Counted from the first letter of the stretch, positions 25,171 to 38,012 are shown. The stretch: DNA of 64,000 bases from Octopus sinensis (GCF_006345805.1 NC_042999.1:98766001-98830000); one strand, 5' to 3'. The notes: generated by a model not told the origin, from the sequence alone. Translations and numbers: made by a program.

Positions 25171-26324
25171 TGTATCTCATTGTTGTTAAAAGATGCTGAT
25201 GAGTGATGATATGCTGTATTGCATACGGATCTGATTGATGCTAGTGTTGCAGAACAGATGCTAAAATGATGTTCACGATAGTAATGATAATTCCAAAATG
25301 ACCTAAATGTACAAGAGTAGTGTGAATTCTGAATGGTTTTTGAGGATTATAATTTAAAGGTGGTCATGAGTTGCCATAAAGCTATTATATTGATTTTACT
25401 TAGTATTTCTATTGAACTTTTGGAATTGCTCATACCACCTGACATGCAATAATTTATCATACTACAAAATTTTTATATTTGTGAAAATTGAATAATAATC
25501 AGTTACAACATGGTTATTTTTATGCTTAGAATTTTTGTAAAGTGGATATTTCAAAGCATCTGTCTGTTTTGGGAGACTGTGTATTAGTATTCGGAAGCTT
25601 GCTTTCCAAGTTGCAAGACTGAGCAAAGATTTTATGAAAGGCTAACAGTTGCCCATTCAAACTAACTGGGTTTTCCTCATGTATCAGCTGTACCATTATA
25701 CATGCAAATGGCAAAATTGTGTTCCACGTCTACCATATGTCATATTAAGTTAAGATTTCCAGTTGAATAATAAAAGAACTGAAAATTATTTTCATTGGCA
25801 GATTACATTGGCTGGAGCCAAACCTTAGATGCAAACATTGTATGGTACTTATTATATGTTGAAAACAATACTTAAGTTTTTAGGTCAAATATCATTGTAT
25901 ATTGGTTTTGCTCTGGAAGAAAGGGTTGTACTAATAACCTTTCCAGGCTCTCCAGTGAGACTGGCACAATTAATGTTTCTCTTAAGCATCTACAAGTCAA
26001 CAGCTACAGGAAAAACATGAGAAATGAAAGAATTTCAGTGAGATGACAGCATTCAGGGAGGTGGTGAAGTATTGGGCATCATGGTTAGTGCAGTGCCTGA
26101 ATACAGTATATTTGTTGAGAGGAGAACAGACTCTTGAGGATAATCAGGAGTGCTTGAATAGACATGAAATTAGTCAGTTCTGAAGAGCAAGGCACAGAGA
26201 GAAGCTTGCATGTTCATGAGTTAGACATTGTCCTACTAAGAAGGAATTTCAATATCTATAAGTACTTCCACTTCAAACAAGTAATCTTTAAAAATATCAG
26301 AGATTCCTTTTACTCATTGGTCAC

Positions 26325-26570
26325 TATCATCATCATCATCATCATCATCATTGTTTAACGTCCGCTTTCTATGCTAGCATGGGTTGTACGATTTGACTGA
26401 GGTCTGGTGAACCAGATGGCTGCACCAGGCTCCAATCTGATCTGGCAGAATTTCTACAGCTGGATGCCCTTCCTAGCGCCAACCACTCTGAGAGTGTAGT
26501 GGGTGCTTTTACATGCCACCAGCACGAGGGCCAGTTAGGTGGTACTGGCAATGGCCATGCTCAGAACCAA
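26325..26570 (-). mobile_element. SINE family C
   Basis: (CAT)n then gtttaacgtccgctttctatgctagcatggg...ctggatgcccttcctagcgccaaccact. Confidence 0.85.
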
Positions 26571-27161
26571 AACACACAGACTTTTTAGATACCTTTTATT
26601 TGGCTTCATTGTTACATCCTATAATACACAGATCAACTTTGCTGCTACACCTTATGAAGTGCCAGGCAAAGTACTGGCATTTGCAAATAATCAGCTAAAA
26701 ACCCTCAAAAGCAGTGTCTCAGCATGGCTACGCAATCCAATATCTGAAATTTGTAAAAGAACACATTCAAGAATATAAACACAAAATTCATTTATACATT
26801 AGGTTGTTACATATTTATTTATTTATTCCCGTAATATTTTGGTATTTTAGACCTTTAGTTAATAGATCTTTTTTTTTTTTTGATATTAGCCACTGGTTAT
26901 CTCTTTAAGATGCTGTTACCTTGCCATAAATGGTAGCTCCAATAGCAATGGGATAAATGTGCCAAAGCTAGCTAACTGCAGTCGTAAGAGTAAAATCAGT
27001 AATCTCTGTCTCCAAGTGGATTAGTTCAGCTCAATTATACAGATAATAGGGTATAATCCAACAAGCGGCCTTAGAGATTAAATAATGTTGCAACAGTATC
27101 TCTGAATTGAAACTATTCATTGTACAAACAAGAAAAACAAATAATGCTCTACATTACACAT

Positions 27162-27196
<35 letters not shown>

Positions 27197-27292
27197 CATG
27201 TGCGTGTATATACTTGCATACATTCATTCCTATATATATATATATATATATATACATACATACATACATATATACATACGTATATATATATA

Positions 27293-27660
27293 TATCATCA
27301 TTATTGTTTAATGTCTGCTTTCCATGCAAGCATGGGTTGGACGATTTGACTGAGGACTGGTGAACCAGATGGCTGCACCAGGCTCCAATCTGATCGGGCA
27401 AAGTTTCTACAGCTAGATGCCCTTCCTAATGCCAACCACTCTGAGAGTGTAGATGGTGCTTTTATGTGCCACTGGCATTTTTATGTGCCACTGGCATTTT
27501 TATGTGCCACCGGCATGGAAGCCAGTCAGCTCCTCTGGCAACGATCACGCTCGCATGGTTCTCTTAGTGCTCCACTGGCACGGGTGCCAGTCATCGAATT
27601 TAATTGGATTTCGATTTCACTTGCCTCAACAGGTCTTCGTAAGCAGAGTTTAGTATCTAA
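27293..27660 (-). mobile_element. SINE family C with 20-bp internal tandem repeat
   Basis: Same body; ttttatgtgccactggcatt occurs about 3 times at 27460-27515. Confidence 0.85.
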
Positions 27661-27895
27661 TGAAGGAAAGGCAATATATATATATATATATATCATAGTT
27701 TTATGGCCATTTTTTGTATGCTTACATGGGAATGAACAGATCTCTGACACTATGTCTCACTACTTGTTGTGGTTCTTAGTCCCCATTGAATTAACCTATA
27801 TTAATTAATTTCTAAATAAGATTCAATCGGTTTGTGATGCTGTGGGAAAGAGATAAATCTCTCCTAACCTATTAACATGTTGTATTTTTATGCAG

Positions 27896-28037
27896 AAGAT
27901 ATTACTCTCAATATCGCACGATATCATTACTTTTGCCACTGTCCCACCTTACAACACTTGGCAAATTTCATCATTGAGAGCTGGGTGTCACACAGTACCA
28001 GTGTCAGGATACAGACTAGTGTTCCTTTTGCTGAAAG
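27896..28037 (+). CDS. Candidate coding exon (phase 1 to 2)
   Basis: attaac..tgtattttatgcag acceptor, AG/gttggt weak donor; DITLNIARYHYFCHCPTLQHLANFIIESWVSHSTSVRIQTSVPFAE. A second frame is also open. Confidence 0.3.
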
Positions 28038-28087
28038 GTTGGTTGTTGGCTGGTTGGTTTATTGGTTTCCCCTGCTCTTATATTAAT

Positions 28088-28600
28088 CCTTTCTACTAAA
28101 GGCACAAGGTCTGAAATTTGTGGGGAAGGGGAGTAGTTGATTACATCGTTCCCAGTATTTCATTGATACTGAATTTATCAACACCAAAAGAATGAAAGGC
28201 AAAGTCAACCTTGGCAGAATTTGAACTCAGAATATAGTGACAGACGAAATACTGCTAAGCATTTCACTTGGCGTGCTAACAATTCTGCCAGCTTGCTATC
28301 TTCACCTCTTATATTAATTTTGATAACTTGACAGAATTTGAACTCAGAACGTAAAGGATTAGCACTAAACATTGCAAAGCATTTAGTTTAGGACCAGCGT
28401 TTCTGTTAACTCATTAATCCTTAGGATCTTAATATTGGTTTCAAACTTTGGCACAAAGTTGGCAATTTTTAGGAGGTTTTAAGTTGATTACATTGACCCC
28501 AGTGCTCACTGGTACTTATTTTATCAACCCTAAAGGATGAAAGGCAAAGTTGACCTCAGTGAAATTTGAACTCAGAATGTAAAAACAGATGACTTAGGTG
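28088..28600 (-). mobile_element. Cluster of family B SINEs (one full copy with 13-bp TSD, one head, one further copy)
   Basis: ctcttatattaat at 28075-28087 and 28306-28318; further B sequence at about 28325-28400 and 28430-28590. Confidence 0.8.
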
Positions 28601-29874
28601 TTTTAATATTAATATGTAAATGCCTTGCAGTATCAAGTTACAACCTGCTATATTTTGACTCCTGAAATCAACTTTGCTTTTCATTTTCAGTCAATTATAT
28701 CATCCTAATCTACAATACTTTCTTCTAAAACTTGTGGTCTTATGCCAGTGTTAGAGAGCAATACTAATTCATGTATTACATACTTTCTGAGTTTAAAGGC
28801 TATTTGCAATGACTGGTTTGTTTTTCATTCCACAAAGCTTAATACCAGTAATAAACTTACATAGATTATGCTCTTGATATGAAATATTAAGAGAGTAAGA
28901 AATTTTATGCCATTTAACTACTCATAGTTTTTTGATTTTTGTATATAACATGCATGACAGTAACATTTGTGAATTTGCTCCAAGCAGTCTTATGATCAGA
29001 TGCATTCCAGTAATGACCACTCTGTCTTTGTTTTCACATATGGTGTATCTAGGACTACATTATCCAACATGTCTCACAGTAGGATACAATCTGAGGCTGA
29101 TTTGGCTAGTCTTTCCCACATGGCAGGCTGTCATGTTAAGGCACCCTCATTGAATCAGTTGTTGTAAAGCATCAGTGAGTAGGTGAGGGTGTAAAGCCAG
29201 TATTCTTTACACCCTTTCACTTAAAATGTGAAAAGTCTTGATCATTTCACTTGACTAACTTGTGTCCTGATTACCTTTTGTGTAATTTTTATAAAGAACC
29301 ACTCTGTAGTCCTGAAATTCTATTATTTAGTATGTTTTTCTGTTAATTATAACCAGCAAGGAAATATCGAATCAGTCTCTTAGACACCTGTACTATTTTC
29401 TTATCCATTAGCTACTAGGAATGTATAAAATCATTTCTATTGAATGTATCTACTAAATTACTTGTCTCCTTATTTTTACTCTTTATGAGAGGAAAAGTTC
29501 TATAGCAAAATTGGGAACATTTGCCATTAAAAGCCCTGTTTTTTTATATTGCTTATTGATTAAAATGTTGAACAAAGTTTGAGCAGCTATTTGAATTTTG
29601 TTAGGCATAATGTTCATCACTACCATTTAAGAAACCATCTTTTGATGTATATCTCTTGTGGAACGATATTGATTTTATAAGCTAACTTGATTAATTAGCT
29701 GCAATTGTTGTTTCTTATTAAAATGTCTCATGGTAGATTTGGCAATGAAATTTTTATGTTTTTCTGGATGTTTTATAATAGATGAAATTAAATTTATTTA
29801 AGGAAATTTGCAAAAACTACTTCAAAAGAAAGGATTTCAGAAAAAAATAAAGTAAAATGGATTTATGGTTATAG

Positions 29875-29971
29875 AATTTAAAGAAGTCAATCAACTTTCT
29901 CGTATAAATCTACCTGAAATTTTGTCCAAGTTGTACTTAGGCATTTTCCCAAGCATTCATTGTTCTAATTT
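29875..29971 (+). CDS. Candidate internal coding exon (phase 1 to 2)
   Basis: ggttatag acceptor, strong gtgagt donor, 97 bp: FKEVNQLSRINLPEILSKLYLGIFPSIHCSN. Confidence 0.4.
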
Positions 29972-30429
29972 GTGAGTCCAATTTTATTCTAATCAGTTAA
30001 ATTTCTGAAAATTCGTCCACTTGCCTTTCCTATGTATGCCCATCCATCTTCCTCAAATCAACGTAATTATTTTCTCTTCTCCTTATTGATTTTTCCATCT
30101 TTGAAAACAACATCCCGTTTCCTTATAAGTGTGTTATCTTAATGAAAGTCAATGACTGTCTTGTGAAATCACCATTGTCCTGTCCACAGTAATCTCTCTC
30201 TTCCAAGATAGAAGAATTATATTGTCAGAAAAGAAGTAAGACATGTGACAAATGGGTACAGGCTACACTTAGTATGATATTTGTTATTTGAAATAAAACA
30301 GCAATACAAATTGCTAGTCATTATTTCAGTGGAGAAATAATATGGATTGTTTGTCTGAAGATGGTATTTGAATGTAAATCTATTGAGAGCATTTAATTTC
30401 TTCTAACAAGTTTACATTTTGAAACCATT

Positions 30430-30605
30430 TCATTAAGCCGAGCTAATAAAGGAGCCTCTACATAATTGTTAGCCTTGCTAGAAACAACTGCCTTATCTCC
30501 TTCAAATCAAACCTTTCCAACTTAAAGAGAGAAGATATTGGATAATGTTCTACATCGCCCCCAAAAGATGGGTAGATTATATTCAAAACACCTTTAATGG
30601 TATTC
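30430..30605 (+). mobile_element. Dispersed repeat family D (SINE-like)
   Basis: gctagaaa(t/c)a(g/a)c.gcc...ccttcaaatca...ggataatgt motif. Related copies at about 7880, 21075, 38030, 38380, 43500, 51020, 52570, 53560, 60020 and 63130; the 3' end gctgacctggggctaaac is seen at 38132 and 63287. Confidence 0.6.
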
Positions 30606-30779
30606 TTTTCTTCTTACTGGCTTTGTCCATTTACGTTGTGTATCCATTGTAGCACAACTGTCTCTTCTCGTAGAAGTATTTGTTATCAACCATTATTGCT
30701 CACTTTACTTTTCTGATTTTCATAAAAATCAAATCCAATGAATTATACTCAGTTAATTTCTCTTTAGCTCCTAGAAGTC

Positions 30780-30930
30780 TTCTGCATCCAATGTGAATGA
30801 CTCACTACCATATAACATGCCTCCTTAGATATACTTCATACCATACAGCCTAATCTTTGAATGATGAAAGAAACCACTTACTTTTAACAGAAGTAATAGT
30901 TCCCTAAACATCTACTTCTTTCTTCATCTA
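30780..30930 (-). mobile_element. Very old RTE fragment
   Basis: Minus translation MFRELLLLL..KIRLY..MLYGSESFTLDA. Confidence 0.5.
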
Positions 30931-32177
30931 GCCGGGCAACTTGCCAAGACCAATAAATCATGTTGGTCTTTTGATACCTGAATGTCTCATCTGTCATCTG
31001 CTCATGCTTTGACTACTGATGACAGCAATGGTTCACTAACTGAAATGGTTGATCCTAGCTGTTGCCATTTTGTTGAGTATTCATCCTCTCAGCATCTATT
31101 GATAGTCACCTTTAACTCACTAGGTTCATCTGCTGAAATAGTTCACATTCACCATGCTGCATCCCATGATTTCAATTTGGTTACTGGATGCTAGGTCTTG
31201 CCAAAGGGTCACCTGCGATTTGGTCTGAGGCTATTCATTCCCATATTCATAGGTGACCTCTAATTACATGCTGATTAACCTATGGCTGGGACCCTGACAA
31301 TTGCTACTATTCTGGGTCAGAGTTGAACTGGGAACAACAGTGGCTAAGACATGGTTCCACACTCCTCAAAGCCTTGGAGCTCTCAATGCTGGGCTCCACC
31401 ACTGGATGCAGCTTAAAGTCATATTCAGGACACTCCTTTCTTACTGTAGCTATTATACTTTCATTATATCCAACTCTGTACTAATGATAACACTTAGATG
31501 AGGAGAATTCATATTTCTGAAAAGTCATATGAGCAGTAAAGGTACATAATTTCATGTGTGATCTTGCTGTGATCTTCCTGTGCTGCTAATTCATCTAGAG
31601 TCATGTTTCTTCTCTGTACATATAAAAATTTTACTGCACTATTTTATGTACCCATTATTTGAACTGAGTTAAAAAACACTGAATTCCTATCAACCCCTCT
31701 CTTACATACTGAACAAAACTTTCGACCTAGATGGCAGTGGGTTATTGGATTCCCTGTTGTTGATCATTACTTTGGTGTTTCTCATGTTTATCATTAGGCT
31801 TTTAGGCTCCTGAAAATATCATCAGATTTTGGAGTTTATTCTACAATGCTTCAATAGATTCTGAAACCACAACAGATAAACATACCAATAGACATCCAGT
31901 TCTGAAATTCTCTTTTATTGCCTTAAGTACCATGTGAATAGGAGTAGAATTTTGTGCTTAAGACAATAAATGAATGAATCCAAATGACTGACTGTATTGA
32001 CCTATACTAATTATGCCAGCAGAAACATAATACATAAATGTAATAAGTTTTAAATAAGTTTTGCTGACTATATTTCAATAATCACTGATTGCTTCCATCA
32101 TCAAGGATATAACTTCACTGAAATATCTCATTAATTAATTAATATATTAATTCTTTTTTTTTGTCTGTCTTCTACAG

Positions 32178-32249
32178 TAGCTTACTACTTCAGGGACATA
32201 AACTTACTGACTCTTATCCATCACTCTCCCTTTCAGATATTGTGCATAT
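32178..32249 (+). CDS. Candidate internal coding exon (phase 2 to 2)
   Basis: Very strong acceptor ttctttttttttgtctgtcttctacag; SLLLQGHKLTDSYPSLSLSDIVH; donor AT/gtatct moderate. In frame after the 29875 exon. Confidence 0.45.
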
Positions 32250-32581
32250 GTATCTATCTATTTACCCATCTGTCTCTTTATCTATTTAACTATCTGTCTG
32301 AATGCTTGTATATCTGTTTGAGTACATAGATAGGGAAGTATGTGCTGTTTTGTGCCCCAATGTATTACCTAGTGTATATATGAATTTGTGTCTATCTGTG
32401 TGCATGTGTGTGTGTGTACAAGGCTGTGTGCATGTGTGTGTTTGCATATATCTATATGTATCCGCTTTTATGTCTATTTTTCCTTGATAGCATGGGTTAG
32501 ATGACTATATTCACACACATACACATGCATGACTACACACTTACACATATTTGTACACTCATACATGCTTTCTCTCTCTCT

Positions 32582-32615
<34 letters not shown>

Positions 32616-32902
32616 CACCCACACACACACATACAAAAATACACACATACACACACACGTTTTGATTATTATACTTAATGTTGTTACAGCTGAGATAGTG
32701 ATTCACTCTCAAAATGTTATTTCTGTTATTGGCTGTCCAGTCACTTAACAGTAATGACTAATTTATTCAAGAAATTTATTAAAATTCCAAATTTAGTTTC
32801 TGATATGGAATTTTAAGAAATTTATCTTTTTACAGTTGCATTGTTGAAGATTGCTATCTAAAACCCACTTTTGCTGATAAATTTACTTTTGTTTTATTAT
32901 CA

Positions 32903-32991
32903 AGCTGGCAGAACTATTAGCATGCCAGGCAAAATACTTAGCAGTATTTTGTCTGTCTTTACATTCTGAGTTCAAATTCTGCTGAGGTCGA
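32903..32991 (+). mobile_element. SINE family B 5' head joined directly to RTE RT sequence
   Basis: agctggcagaactattagc...gagttcaaattctgctgaggtcga ends and RT-coding sequence starts immediately. Confidence 0.7.
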
Positions 32992-34190
32992 TCAGGTATC
33001 GAAGGTCAGATTTGTAACAGTGTAGACCTAGATGAGATGCAGTTTGGCTTTGTGTTCCAAAGAAGTACCATAGATGCAGCCTTTCTTGGGAAGCAGCTGC
33101 AAGGAAAGTATTTGGCTAAAGGTTGATCACTATTCTTGGCATTCGTTGACTTGGAGAAGGTGTTTGACAGGGTAACATGTTAAGTAATTTCATGATCACT
33201 GAGAAAATGAGATGTAGACAGATGGCTTGTGAATGCAGTATGAGCAATCTACAAAGAAGCAGCAAGTAAAGTTGAAGTCAATAATGATTTCAATGATGAG
33301 CTTGATGTGAGGTTAGGAGTCCAACAATGTTCAGTCCTTAGTTCTATCCTATTCATGTGAGTCCTACATGCCATCACAGTCTTTGAGGATTCCTATGTGC
33401 TAATGATCTAGTTCTCACAGCTCAATCTGTATAAGAAATTAAAGGGAAAATTCCAGGTTTGGAAGCTCAACCTAGAGCTTTTTTTGTTCCTTCTTGAGCC
33501 ATGCCTGGCTCATAAGGGCCGGTTTCCTTGGCGTATAGGTTCCCCACCTGGACGGGACACTGGTCCATTACAGGTGAGCTGCAAAATGCAGGAGGAAAGA
33601 GTGAGAGAAAGTTGTGGCAAAAGAGTCAGCAGAAGTTCGCCATTACCTTCTGCCGGAGCCGTGTAGAGCTTAGGTGTTTCGCTCATAAACACACATATCG
33701 CCCAATCTGAGATTCGAACCTGCGATCCCTCAACCACGAGTCCGCTGCTTTAACCACTAGGCCATGTACCTCCACATAACCTAGAACTGGGAAGTCTTAA
33801 GGTAAACTTAGCAAAGACAAAGGTTTTAGTAAGGAGGAAAGAAGATAGGACTCTGGTATCTTCAGGAAAATGGTCCTGTTTAATATGCAGAAAAGGAATA
33901 TCCAATGTAAGCTATCAAAGAACATAAACTTTGTATGTGATAGATGTACTGGAGCAGTATATTCTACGAGCACACTGAAAATAGATTCTATTAAATACCT
34001 GGATTATTTACCAGAAATAGTTGATAGCTTTTGTAACTTAGGAGATATAATTAGTAGGGGAGATGGTTGCTCTGAAAGTACAGTAGTCAGAATAAGAACA
34101 GATCAGTGAAAGTTCAGGAGCTACCACTATTATTAACAACTACAGTCTTTTTCCTCAGTGTGAAGGGCAGATTGTACGAGTCATAGAGAG
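32992..34190 (+). mobile_element. RTE-clade LINE reverse-transcriptase pseudogene fragment
   Basis: DEMQFGF..RSTIDA..QLQGKYLAK..FLAFVDLEKVFDRV..GVQQCSVLSSILF..YANDLVL..LKVNLAKTKVL..WSCLICRKG..FVCDRC..EIVDSFCNLGDIIS, with multiple stops and frameshifts. Confidence 0.95.
33480..33777 (-). mobile_element. tRNA-derived SINE (family E variant) inserted in the RT, 11-bp TSD
   Basis: Head TGGCCTAGTGG...GGTTCGAATCT, A-rich tail; aacctaga(g/a)ct at 33469-33479 and 33778-33788. Confidence 0.9.
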
Positions 34191-35009
34191 CTAGGTTTTT
34201 CTTCTTCATGATCACACTATGAGTGTCTGTGAGATCTTGTATGATCACTTTGTTCCTAAGGATACTTGTAGATATACATATGTGCAGGTTAACTTCTTCA
34301 TATCCACTATAGAGGTCTGTTGGGAAGGTAGTCAGTGTTTCTGCCCAGACTAAAACTATAATTATCAATTATTAAGGATTAAAGGTAAACAATTTCCGAT
34401 TTATTATATAAATGCTAATTTAATGTGTAGAAGTCAGTGTTTTCTCCTGTAAATAGCAACTATTTTGATGTTAGACAGGTACAAATTCTGCCTGTTTTCA
34501 AGTTCAAAGTGAATTCTATGTGTAAAGCTATTAATCGCAAGCTTTGAATTTAGCTCCAGAATGAATTAAATAAAGTGTAATGAAGACAGAAATAATTCCA
34601 CCTTTCATTAAGTGTCATTATAGAATGAGGGGTATGCATATACGTGTTTGTGGATGTCTTCTATTACCATCTTCTGAGTGAAATTGGGTAAGAAAAGCTA
34701 TACTGAAGCCTGCTGTATTCACTGTAGGTGGTAATCTGTCTCTTGGTTTTACACTGTCTACATTGTCCTCAGGTATCTTTAGTGAAGTGAAGTGAATTTC
34801 AAGAATCTGAACTTAATCTTTGATCTTCAGCTAGGCTTTGAAACATGGATTCTTCTCTTTTTATCACCGTTCATTGAAGCTATGTAGAAAAGAATTAAGT
34901 GATGCTTTTCCTCTTCTAATTAATCCATCAAGAATAGCCTAAGAGAAATCTTTTGAATAAATAATTTTATTTCTTTTCAAATATTAACTGTTATACCTTT
35001 CATCATTTG

Positions 35010-35360
35010 TCTTTTAATTGTTTCAGTCATTTGACTGCAGCCATGCTGGGGCACTGCCTTGAAGGTTTTAGTCAAACAAATCAACCCCAGTATTATTTTC
35101 TTTAAAGTCTGGTATTTATTTTATTAATTACTTTTTGTTAAATCCCTAAATTACAAGGATGTAAACAAACCAACACCTGTTGTCAAGTGGTAGTGAGGAG
35201 AAACACGAAGACACACGTAGATGATAGACTTCCATCGAGTTTCCATCTACCAAATTCACTCACAAGGTGTTGATTGCTCTGGGGCTGTAGTAGAAGAGAT
35301 TTGCTCAGGGTGCAAGGGACTGAACCCAAAAACATGTGGTTTGCAAAGTAAACTTCCTAA
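35010..35360 (-). mobile_element. SINE family A, decayed
   Basis: tgtttcagtcatttgactgcagccatgctgg...tttccatctaccaaattcactcacaagg...ggactgaaccc. Confidence 0.75.
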
Positions 35361-35609
35361 CAACACAGACATGCCAGACCTTTCCCCACACTCTCCCTCT
35401 CTCTCCTTTCTCCTTCCTTCCCTCCCCCCTCCCTGTTTCCACCTCTCCCCTCTCTCACCCCTCTCTCCCTCACCCCCTCTCCATCACCCCTCTATCTCCC
35501 TCACCTCCTCTCTCTGTATATAAATTAACATTGTGAACCATTTATATAACATTCTGTTGGTTCAATAAAGCACATTGAAACAAAAATGTTTAAGATTATA
35601 TTATTTCAG

Positions 35610-35657
35610 ATTTTGGAAACTATTTCGTTTGAACAAGAGGTGTTTAAAACAGCTCTT
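35610..35657 (+). CDS. Speculative 48-nt exon
   Basis: ttatattatttcag acceptor, CTT/gtatga donor; phase 0 gives ILETISFEQEVFKTAL, phase 2 gives FWKLFRLNKRCLKQL. Confidence 0.3.
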
Positions 35658-35917
35658 GTATGAATTAAAGAATTTATCGCTGTTAAAATATCTCCAAATA
35701 AATGTAATCAGACACAAACTACTCCATCAGCTCATTGCTTTATTCCAGTTGTATTCCAAAACTAATCTCCTCCTTAGCACTCAATTGGTATCAAAAGAAT
35801 CTATGTACATTACACTGTTCACAAGAGCACTCAATCCATTAGTTAAATAAATTTCTCCAAATGTTCTGTTGATTTTCGCTATGATTGGCAAGATCTTACA
35901 AGATTCATCAGTTCTTT

Positions 35918-35953
<36 letters not shown>

Positions 35954-36209
35954 GAGAGTTGTTTTCATTTCTCTCCCTGTGTTGTTACATTTACTACTTT
36001 CTTTTTTTTTATTTATTTGTTATGTCTCCATTCTGATTTTGGTGTGGTTATGTGTAAAGTAGCCCATATATATATATATATAAACATTTATGTGCGTTCT
36101 TGTTGATCTTACTAATGCTAATAATTTCAATGAGTGCATAACCTTTTTAACTTGTATTCTCTGTTATGTAATAGGACAGTTGATATATATGTTATATGAA
36201 AATACAAAT

Positions 36210-36560
36210 GAAGGCACATGGTTTAGTGGTTAGGGGTATTCAACTCATGGTCATATGGTCATGAGTTCAATTCCTGGTGGCGCATTGTGTTCTTGACTTA
36301 TTTTATGTTGCTCCTAGTCCACTCAGTTGACAAAAATGAGTAGTACTTGTATTTTCAAGGGCCAGCCTTGTCACATTGTGTGTCACAGTGAATCCCACTG
36401 AAAATTATATAAAGGGTATGTGTGTTTGTGGAGTGCTCAACCACTTTCACATAAATTTAATAAGCTTGCTCTTCCATTTGCCGGAACAACTGGAACCCTC
36501 ATCGCTGTAACCAATGGAGTACCAGAAGTATGAAAATACCACACAATGAGCCAATGAGCG
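36210..36560 (+). mobile_element. SINE family E variant
   Basis: gaaggcacatggtttagtggtt...gagttcaattcctgg...ttgctcctagtccactc; 3' part related to 62870-63000. Confidence 0.65.
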
Positions 36561-36611
36561 TTTCTGTTAATAGTGACTTGATCTGCTTGATTCCTTCTAT
36601 ATAATACCATA

Positions 36612-37080
36612 TTCTGAGAGCTTTTACCTCTGTTGGCAACCAAAGATCTCTCCCTCTATGTGAAAGGAAGATTGTATGATGCTTGTGTACAAACTGCAAT
36701 GCTACATAGTAGTGAGGCATAGGCCCCGAATGCAGAGGACATGCAAAAACTAGAGAGAAATGAAGCAGATATGCTCTGCTGGATATGCAATGTCAGTGTG
36801 CTTATGTGAAAGAATGTTAGTGTATTGGGAGAGAAGTTAGGCATAAGAAGAATTAGATGTAGTATGTAAGAGAGAAGACTGTAGTGGTTTGGTCAGGTGA
36901 TGTATATGAATGAGGACAATTACGTAAAGAAGAGCCATTCACCTAAAGTGGATGAATGTTGTGGAAGACATGGGACAAAGTATTGAAGGTCAATCTGAAA
37001 ATGCTGAACCATTTGAAGATGACAAAGTACCAAGATATGTGGGTCATTGCTGTATACAAGAAGACCTGCCACCACAATAA
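36612..37080 (+). mobile_element. RTE-clade LINE 3' fragment to ORF stop
   Basis: F*ELLPLLATK..VKGRLYDACVQTAMLHSSEA..EDMQKLERNEADMLCWICNV..EKLGIRRI..ERRL*WFGQV..WDKVLK. Confidence 0.9.
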
Positions 37081-37589
37081 AACTTGGTAATTCTTGTCCG
37101 TGAGGTACTCATACTATGTGCCTATTCCTGAGAGTAGAATAGGTACATATTACACTCCATGGCTTACTTAATTACCTTTATCCATCCCCACCTTTTTTCC
37201 CTGCCTACTAACTCCACTAATCACCTCCTTTCTGCACCTTCTCCTTTATGCATTTTCCCCTTTCTGCACCTTCTCTCTCCTCCTTGTGCTGCTTTCCATC
37301 ATCAACTACTCACTTGCCTGCTATTACCCTCGGTGCCTTCACATACTTACTGCAACCCTTGCCCCCTGAGCCTCTCCTATATTTCTCTCCACCATTTGCT
37401 ACAGTCACCTCATCCTGCCCACTCACCCAACCTAAGCCTTTATATTATCTTACCTATTCTCATTCTCCCCAATGTTCCTTGAAGGCATGTCCCAACACAT
37501 CCCTTTTATCATGTTTACCACCATCACTCCTTTTACCTTACTCTCCCACTCATTTTCCTTTGTTTTCCCACTGGGGTACCCATGTATCT

Positions 37590-38012
37590 ATTCTACAATA
37601 AAATACCTATATCTGTACCCTCTGTACTTTAATCCTCTCAACTGACACCCCTTCAATACTACTCTGCCGCCACTCCCAGTTGAAGGGTTCTTGTTTTGCA
37701 AAGCACTTGGTGATTCTAATGATGCTGGTGCTACATAAAACGCGCTGATGATGGCACCATGTAAAAAGCACTGATGATGGTGCCATGTAAAAAGTACTGA
37801 TGGTGGTGTCACATAAAAAGTGCTGGTGCTAGTTTCACATAGAAAGCACCCAGTACACTCTGTAAAGTGGTTGGTGTTGGGAAGGGGATCCAGCTGCAGA
37901 AACCATGCCAAAACAGACTATGGAGCCTGCTTTGGGTCCTGTTCTTACCAGCTCCTGTCAAACCGTCCAACCTATACCAGCATGGAAAACAGATGTTAAA
38001 TGATGATGATGA
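37590..38012 (+). mobile_element. SINE family C with about five 26-bp internal repeats and (GAT)n tail
   Basis: Units like gatggtgccatgtaaaaagcact at 37715-37850; gtggttggtgttgggaaggggatccagctg; ends gttaaatgatgatgatgat. Confidence 0.8.

Noticed and set aside
17375-28037. Acyl-carrier-like motifs (GLQDSL and HCPTLQHLANFI) forming one domain
   Set aside because: The two candidate exons cannot be joined in frame with any available donor, and the motif match is loose.
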